A stretch of DNA of 64,000 nucleotides from Alphaproteobacteria bacterium GM7ARS4 (GTDB taxonomy: Bacteria; Pseudomonadota; Alphaproteobacteria; GM7ARS4): NCBI GenBank assembly GCA_014332745.1, contig JACONL010000003.1:38207-102206 (forward strand), written 5' to 3'. Numbering within the stretch: the stretch's first letter is position 1; the number at the start of each line of letters is the position of its first letter. The position numbers and the translations under genes were made by a program. Below, piece by piece: positions 45,239 to 55,510 of the stretch. The notes under the pieces were generated by a model. The model was not told where the DNA came from, did no database searches, and saw only the letters and a list, made by a program, of their open reading frames with translations.

Positions 45239-45874
45239 TTATGGTTGACGGGATGCAATGCGTGAGAGGATGAACCACCTCACAGCGGCGATGACGGCGA
45301 AGACAGGCGCGCCGATGTATGCGCTGAGTAACAACACATCGAGGCAGTCCAGCCATGCCACTATACCAAAAAAGTAGGGGATGTCATCTAAATCCATGGG
45401 GCCATCGCCTTGCCATGCTTTTGCGTCTCCCGGCAGGAGGGGGTTTGTCCATTGGGAGAAAAGAAACGCCGCGGCGACGCTCACGCCAGCGATGAGCCCC
45501 ATACTGAAGGGCGAGAGCGCGTAGAGACTGTCGGGTATGAAGGATGGTTGTGGCACATCGGTGGCGGCGTAGCCGATAGCGACAAAGAACAACACGGTGG
45601 CGACAGCATCGCTCATATAGTCATAGACATGGCCATAGTGGCTTGTCATGTTCCATTGGCGCGCCAACGTGCCGTCCACCCTATCGAGGAAGCACCCTAG
45701 GGTCCAAACGATGCCAGCGATAATATCGAACAGGCGTGTGCCATAGGCAAAGAGGGCGCATGCTATGACGCCGGTGATGAGTCGCCATGTCGTGATGGTA
45801 TTGGGTGTCACCTTACCACGAAGGGGTTTCTCGAGGTAGCGTTGGGTGAAGAGGCGTGTGAGCTTTGTCGTCAC
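45239..45874 (-). CDS. CDP-alcohol phosphatidyltransferase family protein
   Basis: 211 aa with the motif DRVDGTLAR-x8-G-x3-D-x3-D (DGTLARQWNMTSHYGHVYDYMSD). Confidence 0.8.
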   Translation of the reverse strand: MTTKLTRLFTQRYLEKPLRGKVTPNTITTWRLITGVIACALFAYGTRLFDIIAGIVWTLGCFLDRVDGTLARQWNMTSHYGHVYDYMSDAVATVLFFVAIGYAATDVPQPSFIPDSLYALSPFSMGLIAGVSVAAAFLFSQWTNPLLPGDAKAWQGDGPMDLDDIPYFFGIVAWLDCLDVLLLSAYIGAPVFAVIAAVRWFILSRIASRQP

Positions 45875-45926
45875 GGGATATGAACGTGAGGGGATAAGAT
45901 GACGTTACTATAGATATTTTTGTCGT

Positions 45927-47009
45927 CTATGTTAAGGAATTTTGGGCGTGTGTGTTTCGTCGTAGGCGATGGCTTTCCAGCATATGCCACCAGAGGAGAG
46001 ATGGAATACCTTGCAGGAGATGTCGTCCCCTTGTCATGAGGGAGGCGAGCAGAGCCGTTTCTCCACCGATACCGAGGGCGCTTCCGACCAAAATGAAAGC
46101 GCCTTCTTGCACGCCAATGGCGGCGGGAACGATGAAGGCGGCGCTCTTGATGGCTTGCACGAGGGCTTCTAAGATCAAACTTTGGGTGAACGTGATGGGG
46201 GCGTCTATCAGCCAGAAGATAAGCCATAATTCAGTCCCACTGACAACCCATGCGATGAGATGGGTTGTGAAACTCTTAAAGAGGGGCGAGGGGCGTTCAT
46301 AGAGGGCTTTGAGTGAGGCATGGAGACCCATGAGAGATGGCGCTGACGACCCTTGCGATGTTTGTGACGCGCGTCCTGAGGACTCTTTGAGGGCTAATAA
46401 AGGCTTGCTGATGGCGAGGATGGCGTTATCGATAAGGTGCAGGAGTCCATAACGTTGGGCGATGACAAAGGCGCAGAGGACAAAAAACGCCAGCACCCAG
46501 CCGATGAGAAAGGCGGTGATGATATGGGCCATGGCGTGTTCGCTATAAAAGAACGCCAGAGAGATAATGGCGAGTCCTATGAAGAGGAACAAGCTGACAA
46601 TTTCGAGGGTAATATCGCCAACCGTCGCGGTAATCACAGGGGTCGCCTTGCCGCCACGCAAGATCAAGAGGCGCATGCCGATCATATCACCGCCAATTTG
46701 GGCAAGGGGCAAGAGCAATTTTGCTGACTCGCGCACCGTGCGCGCCTCAAAAAAGGCGAGGAAGGGAAGGGAGGGATGGAGATACCACCATGCCAGAGCC
46801 GACAGGGCGACCGTCACCATATGATAGAGGACGATCGTCATATAGCCATGGACGCCCACATGTCCCCATTGTGCCATGATGGCGTGCATGTCATAATCAT
46901 CGATGAGCCATATGAGCAAACCGAGACCAGCGATGGTTGTGGCAAGATAAAAGAGGACGGTGAGCAGCTTCTTGAGCATCGTGAAAGGATTGTTGAGAGA
47001 GCCTATCAT
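45927..47009 (-). CDS. UPF0104 / lysylphosphatidylglycerol-synthase TM-region-like (flippase-like) membrane protein
   Basis: 360 aa, polytopic. Overall architecture and co-operonic lipid-synthesis context; assigned by eye. Confidence 0.5.
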   Translation of the reverse strand: MIGSLNNPFTMLKKLLTVLFYLATTIAGLGLLIWLIDDYDMHAIMAQWGHVGVHGYMTIVLYHMVTVALSALAWWYLHPSLPFLAFFEARTVRESAKLLLPLAQIGGDMIGMRLLILRGGKATPVITATVGDITLEIVSLFLFIGLAIISLAFFYSEHAMAHIITAFLIGWVLAFFVLCAFVIAQRYGLLHLIDNAILAISKPLLALKESSGRASQTSQGSSAPSLMGLHASLKALYERPSPLFKSFTTHLIAWVVSGTELWLIFWLIDAPITFTQSLILEALVQAIKSAAFIVPAAIGVQEGAFILVGSALGIGGETALLASLMTRGRHLLQGIPSLLWWHMLESHRLRRNTHAQNSLT

Positions 47010-47131
47010 CTTGTCATCATCTTATCATCATCTTATCATGGGAGGCATGAATACATAGGATAGTGGCAACGTGCGACAGATTGTCCATGCCTATTTTCGC
47101 ATGGCGGGGGATAAAGATTCTGTGAGGGGAT

Positions 47132-48358
47132 ATGTCTATTTTTCACCAGTTCGCCATTCTTTCATCCCATAAGGGGTATGAGGGTTATGAAGCTGCTCTC
47201 GATGGGGTGAAGGCTATCAACAAGGATGTGGACGGACTCTTCTTAGATGCCCTCAGCGCTTCTATGATGCAGACCATCAAGGATAAGGTGCGTTCTCTTC
47301 AGGCGCGCTACGCCCGTGTGATTGTTTTTGGGGCTGGCGCTTCCTTGTCGTGCGGACATATATACAGCGCATGGGCGTTGCCTCTCTATGGTGGTATGGT
47401 GGGCGCATGGGGGGGGCAGTCTCTTGTCCTCTGTGACAGCATTGACCGCGTTTCGTTGCGTTGCCTGATGGAGGATGGGCAATATGGGGTGGCGTCCACC
47501 TGTTATGTCTTTATTTCTCGTAGTGGCGAGACGCTCGAGACGATTTGGCAGTGGCGTTATGTTTCGACATGGTTGCGTTCTCAGGGTGTCTTATTATCAC
47601 AGCATGGCATGGTGGTGCTCGGTGAGCGGGACAGCGCGCTTGGTGCGATGGCGTTGCGGGAGGGTGTCGACCTTGTGTGCTTCGATGAGCGCGTGTCAGG
47701 GCGTTTCTCGCCTTTGCGTGAAGTGGGTGTGCTGATAGGCTTACTTGCTGGCGTCGATATGGATGCTGTATGTCGTGCTGGGCAAGCCCATGCGCAATGG
47801 GCTGTGTGGGGAGAAGGGCAAGGGGTGCTTCGAGACCATGTGTTGTGGCATGACGCACAGAGACGTCAAGGGCGACATATCAGCGTGTGCATGGGGTATG
47901 GCGACAGGCTCTATGGCTTGTTGCGTTGGTATCGGCAGCTGTGGGCAGAGAGTCTTGGTAAGGCGGGACAAGGCTTGACGCCTTTCGAGGCGATGGGGCC
48001 CAGAGACCAGCATAGTCAGTTGCAATTATGGTTGGAGGGCGAGGACGACAAGACCTATACCGTGATAGGACAGCGAGAGCAGAAAGAGGCGGCGCACGCC
48101 TTATGCGCCCTCCAGCAAGATTGTCGCCTTGGCACACAAGACGCTTTATTATCACGAGGAAGGCCTGTGCGCGTCATCACCTATGATACACTAGGGGAGG
48201 ATGTTTTAGGGGCGTTGATTGTTCAGTGCATGGTCGAGACATATACCTTGTGTCGCCTATGGGGTATCAATCCTTTTGACCAGCCAGCCGTTGCTGACGG
48301 CAAATTGCGCACGACAATCCGTTTCAACGGGCGTGGCATAACGATAGAGGGACTCTGA
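47132..48358 (+). CDS. pgi: Glucose-6-phosphate isomerase (short SIS-domain type)
   Basis: 408 aa with FISRSGETLET and a PGI signature-like DERVSGRFSPL. Confidence 0.65.
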   Translation: MSIFHQFAILSSHKGYEGYEAALDGVKAINKDVDGLFLDALSASMMQTIKDKVRSLQARYARVIVFGAGASLSCGHIYSAWALPLYGGMVGAWGGQSLVLCDSIDRVSLRCLMEDGQYGVASTCYVFISRSGETLETIWQWRYVSTWLRSQGVLLSQHGMVVLGERDSALGAMALREGVDLVCFDERVSGRFSPLREVGVLIGLLAGVDMDAVCRAGQAHAQWAVWGEGQGVLRDHVLWHDAQRRQGRHISVCMGYGDRLYGLLRWYRQLWAESLGKAGQGLTPFEAMGPRDQHSQLQLWLEGEDDKTYTVIGQREQKEAAHALCALQQDCRLGTQDALLSRGRPVRVITYDTLGEDVLGALIVQCMVETYTLCRLWGINPFDQPAVADGKLRTTIRFNGRGITIEGL

Positions 48359-50313
48359 TGGGAGAAAGCACAGAAGCGCCAAAGACAGCGACGATACGTG
48401 TCTTGCCTGAGCATATTGTCAATCAGATATCGGCTGGTGAAGTCATCGAACGTCCGGCATCGGCATTGCGCGAGTTGGTAGAGAATAGTTTAGACGCCCA
48501 TGCCACCTCCATTGATATTGTCGTGCGTGGTGGTGGCACTGTGCTGATACAAGTGGCTGATAATGGCGTTGGGATGGGGCGTTCAGACATGTCCTTGGCG
48601 GTGAAGAGGCATGCGACATCGAAATTGGAGGGTGATACCCTTCAAGCCCGCACACTTGGCTTTCGGGGGGAGGCGCTTCCATCTATGGCCTCTGTGGGTG
48701 TCTTGACGATGCACTCGAGAGCGCGAGGGGCGACACAGGGGTATGGGCTCACCATTGACTATGGCACACAAAAGGGTGATGTGTTTGCGTCCGACGTGCG
48801 GGAAGGGACAAAGATATGCCTCGAAGAATTGTTTGGTCGCGTGCCCGCTCGCCTCAAGTTCCTTAAGTCGATGGCAACGGAATATGCCTATATCCAAGAT
48901 GTTTTGACGAGGCTTGTCCTTGCCTACCCCTCTGTGCGTTTTGTGTGGCGTTTTGACGAGAAGAAGCCTCATCTGTATGCGGCCTATGGCGAGGACACGG
49001 CGTTCTTGGACGCTGTCTTGGGGCGGGCGATACGCCTTTTAGGCGCTGACCTGATGGATAACGCCATCCCTATAGCGAGGGAGAACGACCCTATGCTCGA
49101 TGTCGAGGGATATTGCGGGCTTCCCACCTTGCATGAGCGCCATGGCAGGAAAATCTTTCTCTTCGTTAATGGGCGTCCCGTGCAAGACAAGGTTATTTAT
49201 GGGGCGGTGCGCGCCGCCTACCAAGATTATGTCCCCCATGGCCGTTTTCCCGTGGCTTTGTTGTTCGTGCATTGCGCATGGGAGGATGTGGATATGAATG
49301 TTCATCCAGCAAAGGCGGAGGTGCGTTTCCGTGATGTCAGGGCATTACGTTCGATGCTCATGCGCCGTATCCACGAGACCTTAGCCACAGCAAAGCACAA
49401 GACATCGAGCCATTTGGCGCGCGCCTTTGTCGGGCGTGCTGGTCAGGGAGGCGACGCGCGCCATGGGCATGTCCAGAGGCAGCTCGCCCAAGAGCATAAA
49501 GAGTCCGTCCTCGACACGAACGACCCAGGACGCGCCTTCGGCCCTCTCAGCGCCTTCCATGATGACACGCGCCCGCCTCCCCACCATGTGCCTCCTCACC
49601 ATGCGCCTCCCCACCATGCACATGACGGGCATGGACGTCACCACGGGACAGCGCCCCTATCGTCACAAACAAGCGAGGCGTCATTGACGGGCTCTCTTGT
49701 AGAGGATGTGGGGGCTTTAGGGGTTGCCCAATGCCAGCTCCATGGGTGCTACATTATTTCTCAAACGGTCGATGGGCTTGCCATTATCGACCAGCATGCG
49801 GCCCATGAGCGTCTCGTCTATGAGCGTCTCAAGGCGCAGGCATCAGAGAAGACGATCAAGCGTCAGCGTTTGCTTGTTCCTGATATTATCGAGATGGAGG
49901 AGTCTATGGTTGATGTTCTCTTAGAGCATGCGTCTCTTTTGGCGTCATCGGGTCTTGTCCTCGAGCGTTTTGGCAAGGGGGTTTTGGTGCGTGAAGTGCC
50001 GTCCATGTTAGGGCATGCTGATTACAAAGGCCTTGTGAGCGCGTTAGCGGAGTCTTTCATGGGTGGCGGGGGTGAGGGGCAATCCCACGAGGCGCTCCTC
50101 GAGACGCCCATGGAGAGGACCATGGAGCGGATATGGGCAAAAATGGCATGCTATGGGTCTATACGCGCTGGTCGTGTGCTCTCTTTGGAGGAGATGAATC
50201 ATTTATTGCGTTCTATGGAGCGGACTCCTTTTTCTGGTCAGTGCAATCACGGGCGTCCTACCCATGTGACGTTGCGTAAAGCCGATATCGAGTCCCTTTT
50301 TGAGAGGCGTTAG
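48358..50313 (+). CDS. mutL: DNA mismatch repair protein MutL
   Basis: 651 aa with an N-terminal GHKL ATPase (IRVLPEHIVNQISAGEVIERPASALRELVENSLDA), a C-terminal dimerisation domain and a His/Pro-rich linker. Confidence 0.95.
   Translation: MGESTEAPKTATIRVLPEHIVNQISAGEVIERPASALRELVENSLDAHATSIDIVVRGGGTVLIQVADNGVGMGRSDMSLAVKRHATSKLEGDTLQARTLGFRGEALPSMASVGVLTMHSRARGATQGYGLTIDYGTQKGDVFASDVREGTKICLEELFGRVPARLKFLKSMATEYAYIQDVLTRLVLAYPSVRFVWRFDEKKPHLYAAYGEDTAFLDAVLGRAIRLLGADLMDNAIPIARENDPMLDVEGYCGLPTLHERHGRKIFLFVNGRPVQDKVIYGAVRAAYQDYVPHGRFPVALLFVHCAWEDVDMNVHPAKAEVRFRDVRALRSMLMRRIHETLATAKHKTSSHLARAFVGRAGQGGDARHGHVQRQLAQEHKESVLDTNDPGRAFGPLSAFHDDTRPPPHHVPPHHAPPHHAHDGHGRHHGTAPLSSQTSEASLTGSLVEDVGALGVAQCQLHGCYIISQTVDGLAIIDQHAAHERLVYERLKAQASEKTIKRQRLLVPDIIEMEESMVDVLLEHASLLASSGLVLERFGKGVLVREVPSMLGHADYKGLVSALAESFMGGGGEGQSHEALLETPMERTMERIWAKMACYGSIRAGRVLSLEEMNHLLRSMERTPFSGQCNHGRPTHVTLRKADIESLFERR
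49576..49620 (+). repeat. 15-bp in-frame tandem repeat x3 in the mutL linker (PPHH(V/A) units)
   Basis: cctccccaccatgtg / cctcctcaccatgcg / cctccccaccatgca. Confidence 0.85.
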
Positions 50314-50606
50314 GGAGCGTGTCTTGGTGTGTTAGTGGAACATAAAATCTTTCATAAAAAAAGTTGACGATGGGTGCAAAAAATCGCATATAGTCAAGTG
50401 GTCTGTTCCACCGCTCCGTCTTTCTTCGGTCTTTTGCCGTTGTGGAGACGGGAGGGAGCAGGCTAAAGAGGGCCCTCTCGACATTGGCGGGGTTGTGATG
50501 GTGGGTATTGAGAGGGGGTTCTTGTATGATAGTGGTAGGGACATGTGATGGGGTGTATGTCCTGTCTCTTTGGCCCTACTCAACCCATGAATACGGGAGA
50601 TAATCG

Positions 50607-52454
50607 ATGAATCGTATTGTCAAGTTATCTCTGGTTGCTTTGGTGTTATCGGTCGTTCCTGGGCTTTCCCATGCGAATGACTGGTTGCTGAAGAATCAGG
50701 ACGATCCCAAGCAATGGGTCATGCCAACAGGTAACTATGCAGCACACCGTTATTCTCGTTTGACTCAGATCAATCGTGGTAATGTCGGTCGCATCAAGAT
50801 GGCGTGGAATTTTTCCACGGGCGTTCTTCGTGGTCACGAGGGTGGCCCCTTGGTGGTCGGCAACGTGTTGTATATCCACACCCCCATTCCAAACAAAGTG
50901 TTTGCGCTTGATTTGGATGATGATGCGCGGATTATATGGGAATATAATCCCGTGAAGGGCGGTAAGTATCCTAGTGGCGAGACCATGGATCGTGTGATCA
51001 GCGTTATGTGTTGCGATAATGTGAATCGTGGCGTGGCGTATGCGGAAGGTGAAGGTGCTGGTGACGGCACGATTTTCTTGCATGCTGCGGACACGACTCT
51101 TATTGCGTTAGACGCAGAGAACGGACGCGAGAAGTGGAAAGTGACCAACATGCATTCTGGTGTGGGCAAGCGCGGTGTATCTGCGTCCACAGGCACGGGT
51201 GTTCCCTTCATCATCAAGGATAAGGTTGGTATTGGTTGTTCGGGTGCCGAGTTTGGTGTCCGTTGTAACTGGACCATGTATTCCATGAAGGATGGTTCTC
51301 GTGTATGGCGTGCCTATGCGACGGGTCCTGACGAGGAAATGCTCGTAGACCCTGAGCGCACCACGGAGCTCCGCAAGCCTATTGGCGCTAATTCCAGCCT
51401 CAACACTTGGAAAGGCGACCAGTGGGAGACGGGCGGTGGCTCTATCTGGGGATGGTATGCTTGGGATCCTGATGCTGACCTTCTCTACTATGGGACAGGC
51501 AATCCGAGCACGTGGAATCCTGTTGTTCGCCCCGGCGACAACAAGTGGACGATGACGATCAATGCTCGTAATCCTGACACAGGGATGGCGAAGTGGCTCT
51601 ATCAGATGACCCCTTATGACGAGTGGGACTATGATGGCGTCAACGAGATGATTCTTGCTGACATTACCGTGAAAGGTAAGAGACGCAGGGCTCTTGTTCA
51701 CTTCGATCGTAATGGCTTTGCCTATACGATGGACCGTGTGACGGGTGAGCTTCTCGTGGCAGAGAAGTATGATCCCACTGTCAACTGGGCAACCCATGTT
51801 GATATGAAGACGGGACGTCCTCAAGTCGTCAGCCGCTACTCCACGGCGCAAAATGGTGAAGATGTCAATACGACAGGGATTTGCCCTGCCGCTCTTGGCA
51901 CGAAGGACCAACAGCCGGCTTCTTTCTCACCTAAGACTGGTATCTTCTACGTGCCCACAAATCATGTGTGCATGGATTACGAGCCGTTTAAGGTCGACTA
52001 TGTGGCTGGTAACGCCTATGTGGGTGCGACATTGAGCATGTATCCTGCTCCTGGCGGGACTCATCTCGGCAACTTCATCGCGTGGGATGCTGGCGAAGGA
52101 AAGATTTTATGGTCTATTCCTGAGCCCTTCTCAGTCTGGTCTGGCGCTCTTGCCACAGCAGGCGATGTTGTCTTCTATGGCACCCTTGAAGGGTTTCTAA
52201 AAGCCGTTGATTCGAAGTCTGGTAAGGAACTCTTCAGGTTCAAGACCGCTTCGGGTATCATCGGTAATACGAATACCTGGATGCATGATGGCAAACAATA
52301 TATCGGCGTTCTTTCTGGTGTCGGTGGTTGGGCTGGTATCGGCCTTGCTGCTGGACTGACGGAGGATACAGCTGGTTTGGGTGCTGTCGGTGCTTACAAG
52401 GCACTCCACAACTACACGAAACTGGGAGGCGTCTTGAACGTCTTCTCTCTCTAA
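50607..52454 (+). CDS. xoxF: PQQ-dependent methanol/ethanol dehydrogenase, XoxF (lanthanide-dependent) type
   Basis: 615 aa with a signal peptide, vicinal Cys pair (VMCCDN), and [13 protein letters not shown]. The DYDG (Asp) version is characteristic of XoxF, in contrast to the MxaF DFAG. Confidence 0.85.
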   Translation: MNRIVKLSLVALVLSVVPGLSHANDWLLKNQDDPKQWVMPTGNYAAHRYSRLTQINRGNVGRIKMAWNFSTGVLRGHEGGPLVVGNVLYIHTPIPNKVFALDLDDDARIIWEYNPVKGGKYPSGETMDRVISVMCCDNVNRGVAYAEGEGAGDGTIFLHAADTTLIALDAENGREKWKVTNMHSGVGKRGVSASTGTGVPFIIKDKVGIGCSGAEFGVRCNWTMYSMKDGSRVWRAYATGPDEEMLVDPERTTELRKPIGANSSLNTWKGDQWETGGGSIWGWYAWDPDADLLYYGTGNPSTWNPVVRPGDNKWTMTINARNPDTGMAKWLYQMTPYDEWDYDGVNEMILADITVKGKRRRALVHFDRNGFAYTMDRVTGELLVAEKYDPTVNWATHVDMKTGRPQVVSRYSTAQNGEDVNTTGICPAALGTKDQQPASFSPKTGIFYVPTNHVCMDYEPFKVDYVAGNAYVGATLSMYPAPGGTHLGNFIAWDAGEGKILWSIPEPFSVWSGALATAGDVVFYGTLEGFLKAVDSKSGKELFRFKTASGIIGNTNTWMHDGKQYIGVLSGVGGWAGIGLAAGLTEDTAGLGAVGAYKALHNYTKLGGVLNVFSL

Positions 52455-52508
52455 CGATAGAGAGATGTCTCGGTCACACGAGACTCGTGTGGGGTGGTCC
52501 CCAAGGAG

Positions 52509-52533
52509 GGGAGGCACACTTTGTGTGTCTCCC
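52509..52533 (+). terminator. Intercistronic hairpin between xoxF and xoxG (attenuator or mRNA-stabilising element)
   Basis: gggaggcacac-ttt-gtgtgtctccc (11-bp stem with one mismatch) followed by a T-rich tract. It is preceded by a second hairpin, cacacga-gac-tcgtgtg, at about 52477-52493. Confidence 0.4.
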
Positions 52534-52574
52534 TTCCTGTCCTTTTCCCGATGTCGTGGCGTTGATGTCTTGAG

Positions 52575-53201
52575 GTGAGTTGTTTTTTTGGGGCGCGTTT
52601 CGACAAGGGTATGCATGTTTTTTGGGTAAAATCTTATAATTGGGTAGGAAGAATTCTTATGATATATCGCTGTTTTTTTGTTTTCTCTATGGTGATGCTG
52701 TGGTCTATTGCCTCTGTGCCTGTTGCCTTTGCCACTTCACCAGTGCCAGAGGGGGTGCCGGCTCAGTATGATGATGATGACGTCCCAACATATTATTATG
52801 TCCTAGGCGATAGCGGAAACGCCCTGTACTACGAGGGGAGCGGCGAGGATGCGAAGCCTGTCTATGGTTGGATGGATTTTTCTACGTATCGCGGGTGGCG
52901 TATCTATCATGCGGAATGCCATGTGTGCCATGGGCCTGATGGCATGGGCAGTACTTACGCGCCAGCGCTGAAGGACTCCCTCGACTATCTTGATTATGAG
53001 GGATTTATCGATGTCACCGTGAATGGGAAAAACGAGGAACAAGGTGCACAGAAGGGTAATGTGATGCCCGCCTTCGGCACGAATCCCAACGTCATACGCG
53101 ACCTAGACAATATCTACCGCTATTTAAGCATGCGTCATGATGGCAAGTTGCGTCGAGGTCCTCGCCCTCCCAAACTTCCTAAGATTGTTGAAGAGGAGTA
53201 G
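52575..53201 (+). CDS. xoxG: Cytochrome c (cL-like electron acceptor, XoxG)
   Basis: 208 aa as listed, with haem motif CHVCH. The probable real start is MIYRCFFVF (about 52659), which gives a signal peptide. Confidence 0.75.
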   Translation: MSCFFGARFDKGMHVFWVKSYNWVGRILMIYRCFFVFSMVMLWSIASVPVAFATSPVPEGVPAQYDDDDVPTYYYVLGDSGNALYYEGSGEDAKPVYGWMDFSTYRGWRIYHAECHVCHGPDGMGSTYAPALKDSLDYLDYEGFIDVTVNGKNEEQGAQKGNVMPAFGTNPNVIRDLDNIYRYLSMRHDGKLRRGPRPPKLPKIVEEE

Positions 53202-53252
53202 GGGGCGCGTGATCGCCCGAGATGCCTGAGATGATGTGAGGAGGCATAGAGG

Positions 53253-54116
53253 ATGGAGAGCTGTCGTCAGGGTGACGTCGTCACGTACGGGGTGTGTTGT
53301 CTTCTCTCTGTATTTTTTGCCTGTGCGCTCTTGGTGTTTCCTCGTGCGGGTGAGGCGCGTGGCATCAGTATCGATGCTGTGGATCAGGAGAATCTTCGCG
53401 TCTGTGCTGACCCGTCTAACCTGCCTTTTTCCAATGATAAGGGGGAAGGTTTTGAGAATGAGATAGCGTCCATGTTGGCAGAGTGGCTTGACCGTCGCCT
53501 TGTCTATGAATGGTTTCCGCAAGTGATAGGCTTTGTGCGCAACACGCTCACCAAGAAGAAGTGTGACGTCATCATTGGCACGACCAGTGGCGATGACTTG
53601 GTGCTGAACACCAATCCTTATTATCGGTGGGGCTATGTTATGATGTATCTGAAGGACTCTGGTATTGTCGTAGACCGCCCTGACCATCCCCAATTAGCAA
53701 CATTGCGTATTGGCACTGTGGCTGGCACGCCAACCAATTTTGTCATTCATCGTTACAACCTCATGTCCCGTGTGCGTCCCTACAACCTTTTTTTTGATAC
53801 GCGCAAAGAGTCGGTGGGGCGTGATATGGTGCGTGACTTAAAAAATGGTTTGACGGACATTGTGTATATGTCGGGTCCCGTTGCCGCTTACTATGCCAAA
53901 CAGGAAGCTATCGATGTTGAGATGATTCCTTTAGAATCGACAGACCAAGGTCATGGCAAGATGGACTTTCTTATGACGATGGGTGTGCGCGCTGGTGAGA
54001 ATGATTGGAAGCGCACCCTGAATGTGTTTTTACGCGAGAAAAGAGACGAGATCGGCATGGTCTTACAAAAGCATGGTGTGCCTACCCTTCCTTTGCGTCC
54101 CACGTTAAGGCGCTAA
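53253..54116 (+). CDS. xoxJ: MxaJ/XoxJ-like periplasmic solute-binding-fold protein associated with quinoprotein dehydrogenases
   Basis: 287 aa with LRVCADPSNLPFSNDKGEGFENEIA, located immediately after xoxF-xoxG. Confidence 0.75.
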   Translation: MESCRQGDVVTYGVCCLLSVFFACALLVFPRAGEARGISIDAVDQENLRVCADPSNLPFSNDKGEGFENEIASMLAEWLDRRLVYEWFPQVIGFVRNTLTKKKCDVIIGTTSGDDLVLNTNPYYRWGYVMMYLKDSGIVVDRPDHPQLATLRIGTVAGTPTNFVIHRYNLMSRVRPYNLFFDTRKESVGRDMVRDLKNGLTDIVYMSGPVAAYYAKQEAIDVEMIPLESTDQGHGKMDFLMTMGVRAGENDWKRTLNVFLREKRDEIGMVLQKHGVPTLPLRPTLRR

Positions 54117-54140
54117 AAGTATCACGTGTGTTGCATCGTC

Positions 54141-55145
54141 TTATGGGGTGCTATGGGATGGGCGTGTTAATTTGATAAAGACATCTTCGAGGTCGCTCTG
54201 TCTTGTTGTGATATCGCGGATACGGATATGTTCTTTTTGGAGGGCTTCTATCAATGGTTGGAGGGCGGTTTTTCTTGGCGCATAAGAAAATCGTAGTTGG
54301 TGTGGTGTGTTCTGGCACAGGTCATAATGTTTGAGGCTGGCGGGGATGTTCTGTAGAGGCTCTTCAATGGTGATAACGACTTCTTTTTTTTCAATATGGG
54401 CGAGAAGGTTGTCGGTCTTATCATTGGCGATAATTTTTCCTTTGTCGATAATGGCAATATCTTTGCAGAGTTCTTCGGCTTCGTTGAGATAATGGGTTGT
54501 GAGGACGACGGTCACGCCTCGCGCATTAAGGGTGCGGATTTGCTTCCAGAGATGTTGTCGTAATTCGATATCGACACCTGCTGTTGGTTCGTCAAGGACA
54601 AGAATGGGTGGTGTGTGGACCATGGCTTTTGCCATCATCAGTCGTCTTCTCATACCGCCAGAGAGGGTGCGGGCATAGGCGTCGCTCTTATGGCTCAATC
54701 CTACCGTTTCGAGGAGGGCGTCTGTCTGTCTTTTCGCACGGGGGATACCATAGAGGCCAGCGTGGAGGTCGAGCATTTCTCTTGGTGTGAAAAAGGGGTC
54801 GAGGTTGAGTTCCTGTGGCACGACACCAATATACATTTTCGCCTCTCGGTGATTGGTATCGATGTCCACATTCCAGATGGTGATGGTGCCCGATGTCTTA
54901 CGCACAATGCCGGCAAGGATATTGATAAAGGTCGATTTGCCGGCGCCGTTGGGCCCTAGCAACCCGAATAACGAGCCTCGAGGGATTGTCAGAGAAAAAT
55001 TCTCTAGGGCGTAGGGAGGATGATGCTTTTTCGTTTTGTACTGCTTATAGACAGCGTCTGCTTTGATAGCGGCATCGGGTGTTTGGTGATTGTTGTTTGT
55101 GCTCTGTGTCATGGTGGGATGATTTATGGTGGTGTCTCGAGCCAT
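54141..55145 (-). CDS. ABC transporter ATP-binding protein (ABC-2 type), no adjacent permease
   Basis: 334 aa with Walker A GPNGAGKST, signature LSGGMRRR and Walker B ILVLDEP. Confidence 0.85.
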   Translation of the reverse strand: MARDTTINHPTMTQSTNNNHQTPDAAIKADAVYKQYKTKKHHPPYALENFSLTIPRGSLFGLLGPNGAGKSTFINILAGIVRKTSGTITIWNVDIDTNHREAKMYIGVVPQELNLDPFFTPREMLDLHAGLYGIPRAKRQTDALLETVGLSHKSDAYARTLSGGMRRRLMMAKAMVHTPPILVLDEPTAGVDIELRQHLWKQIRTLNARGVTVVLTTHYLNEAEELCKDIAIIDKGKIIANDKTDNLLAHIEKKEVVITIEEPLQNIPASLKHYDLCQNTPHQLRFSYAPRKTALQPLIEALQKEHIRIRDITTRQSDLEDVFIKLTRPSHSTP

Positions 55146-55510
55146 GTGCGCGCATGCTCTAATTCTTTCAAGGCATCTTGCAGGGATTGGCGTAGCAAGG
55201 CGCGAGGCGATGAGAGAGGGAAGGGTTGTTGGGAGAGCGCATCAAGGTCTGGCGGCGTTTTCCCGTTCAAGAGACGGCATGCCCCTTTGATCGTATAGCC
55301 CTCGGTGTGGAGGAATCGTTTGATGACTTTAAGGAGGGCGACATCTTCTTGACGGTAGTAGCGTCTTTTATCGGATTTTTTGAGGGGCCTAAGATGGATG
55401 AATTGGGTTTCCCAGTAGCGTAAGACATGAGGCGGTAGGTTGAGACTCTGTGCCACATCGCCTATGGGCAGAAGCTGTTCCTGTGTTTTTTGCGAGGGCT
55501 CTTTTATCAT
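55124..55510 (-). CDS. MerR-family transcriptional regulator
   Basis: 128 aa with the HTH IGDVAQSLNLPPHVLRYWETQF, paired with ihfA as in many alphaproteobacteria. Confidence 0.8.
   Translation of the reverse strand: MIKEPSQKTQEQLLPIGDVAQSLNLPPHVLRYWETQFIHLRPLKKSDKRRYYRQEDVALLKVIKRFLHTEGYTIKGACRLLNGKTPPDLDALSQQPFPLSSPRALLRQSLQDALKELEHARTWLETPP

Noticed and set aside
50332-50583. 83-aa minus-strand ORF in the xoxF upstream region
   Set aside because: It has no RBS or motif and lies in what is more plausibly the xoxF promoter and leader.
50646-51911. Antisense ORFs of 145, 150 and 267 aa within xoxF
   Set aside because: They are antisense shadows of a strongly supported PQQ dehydrogenase gene and carry no motifs.
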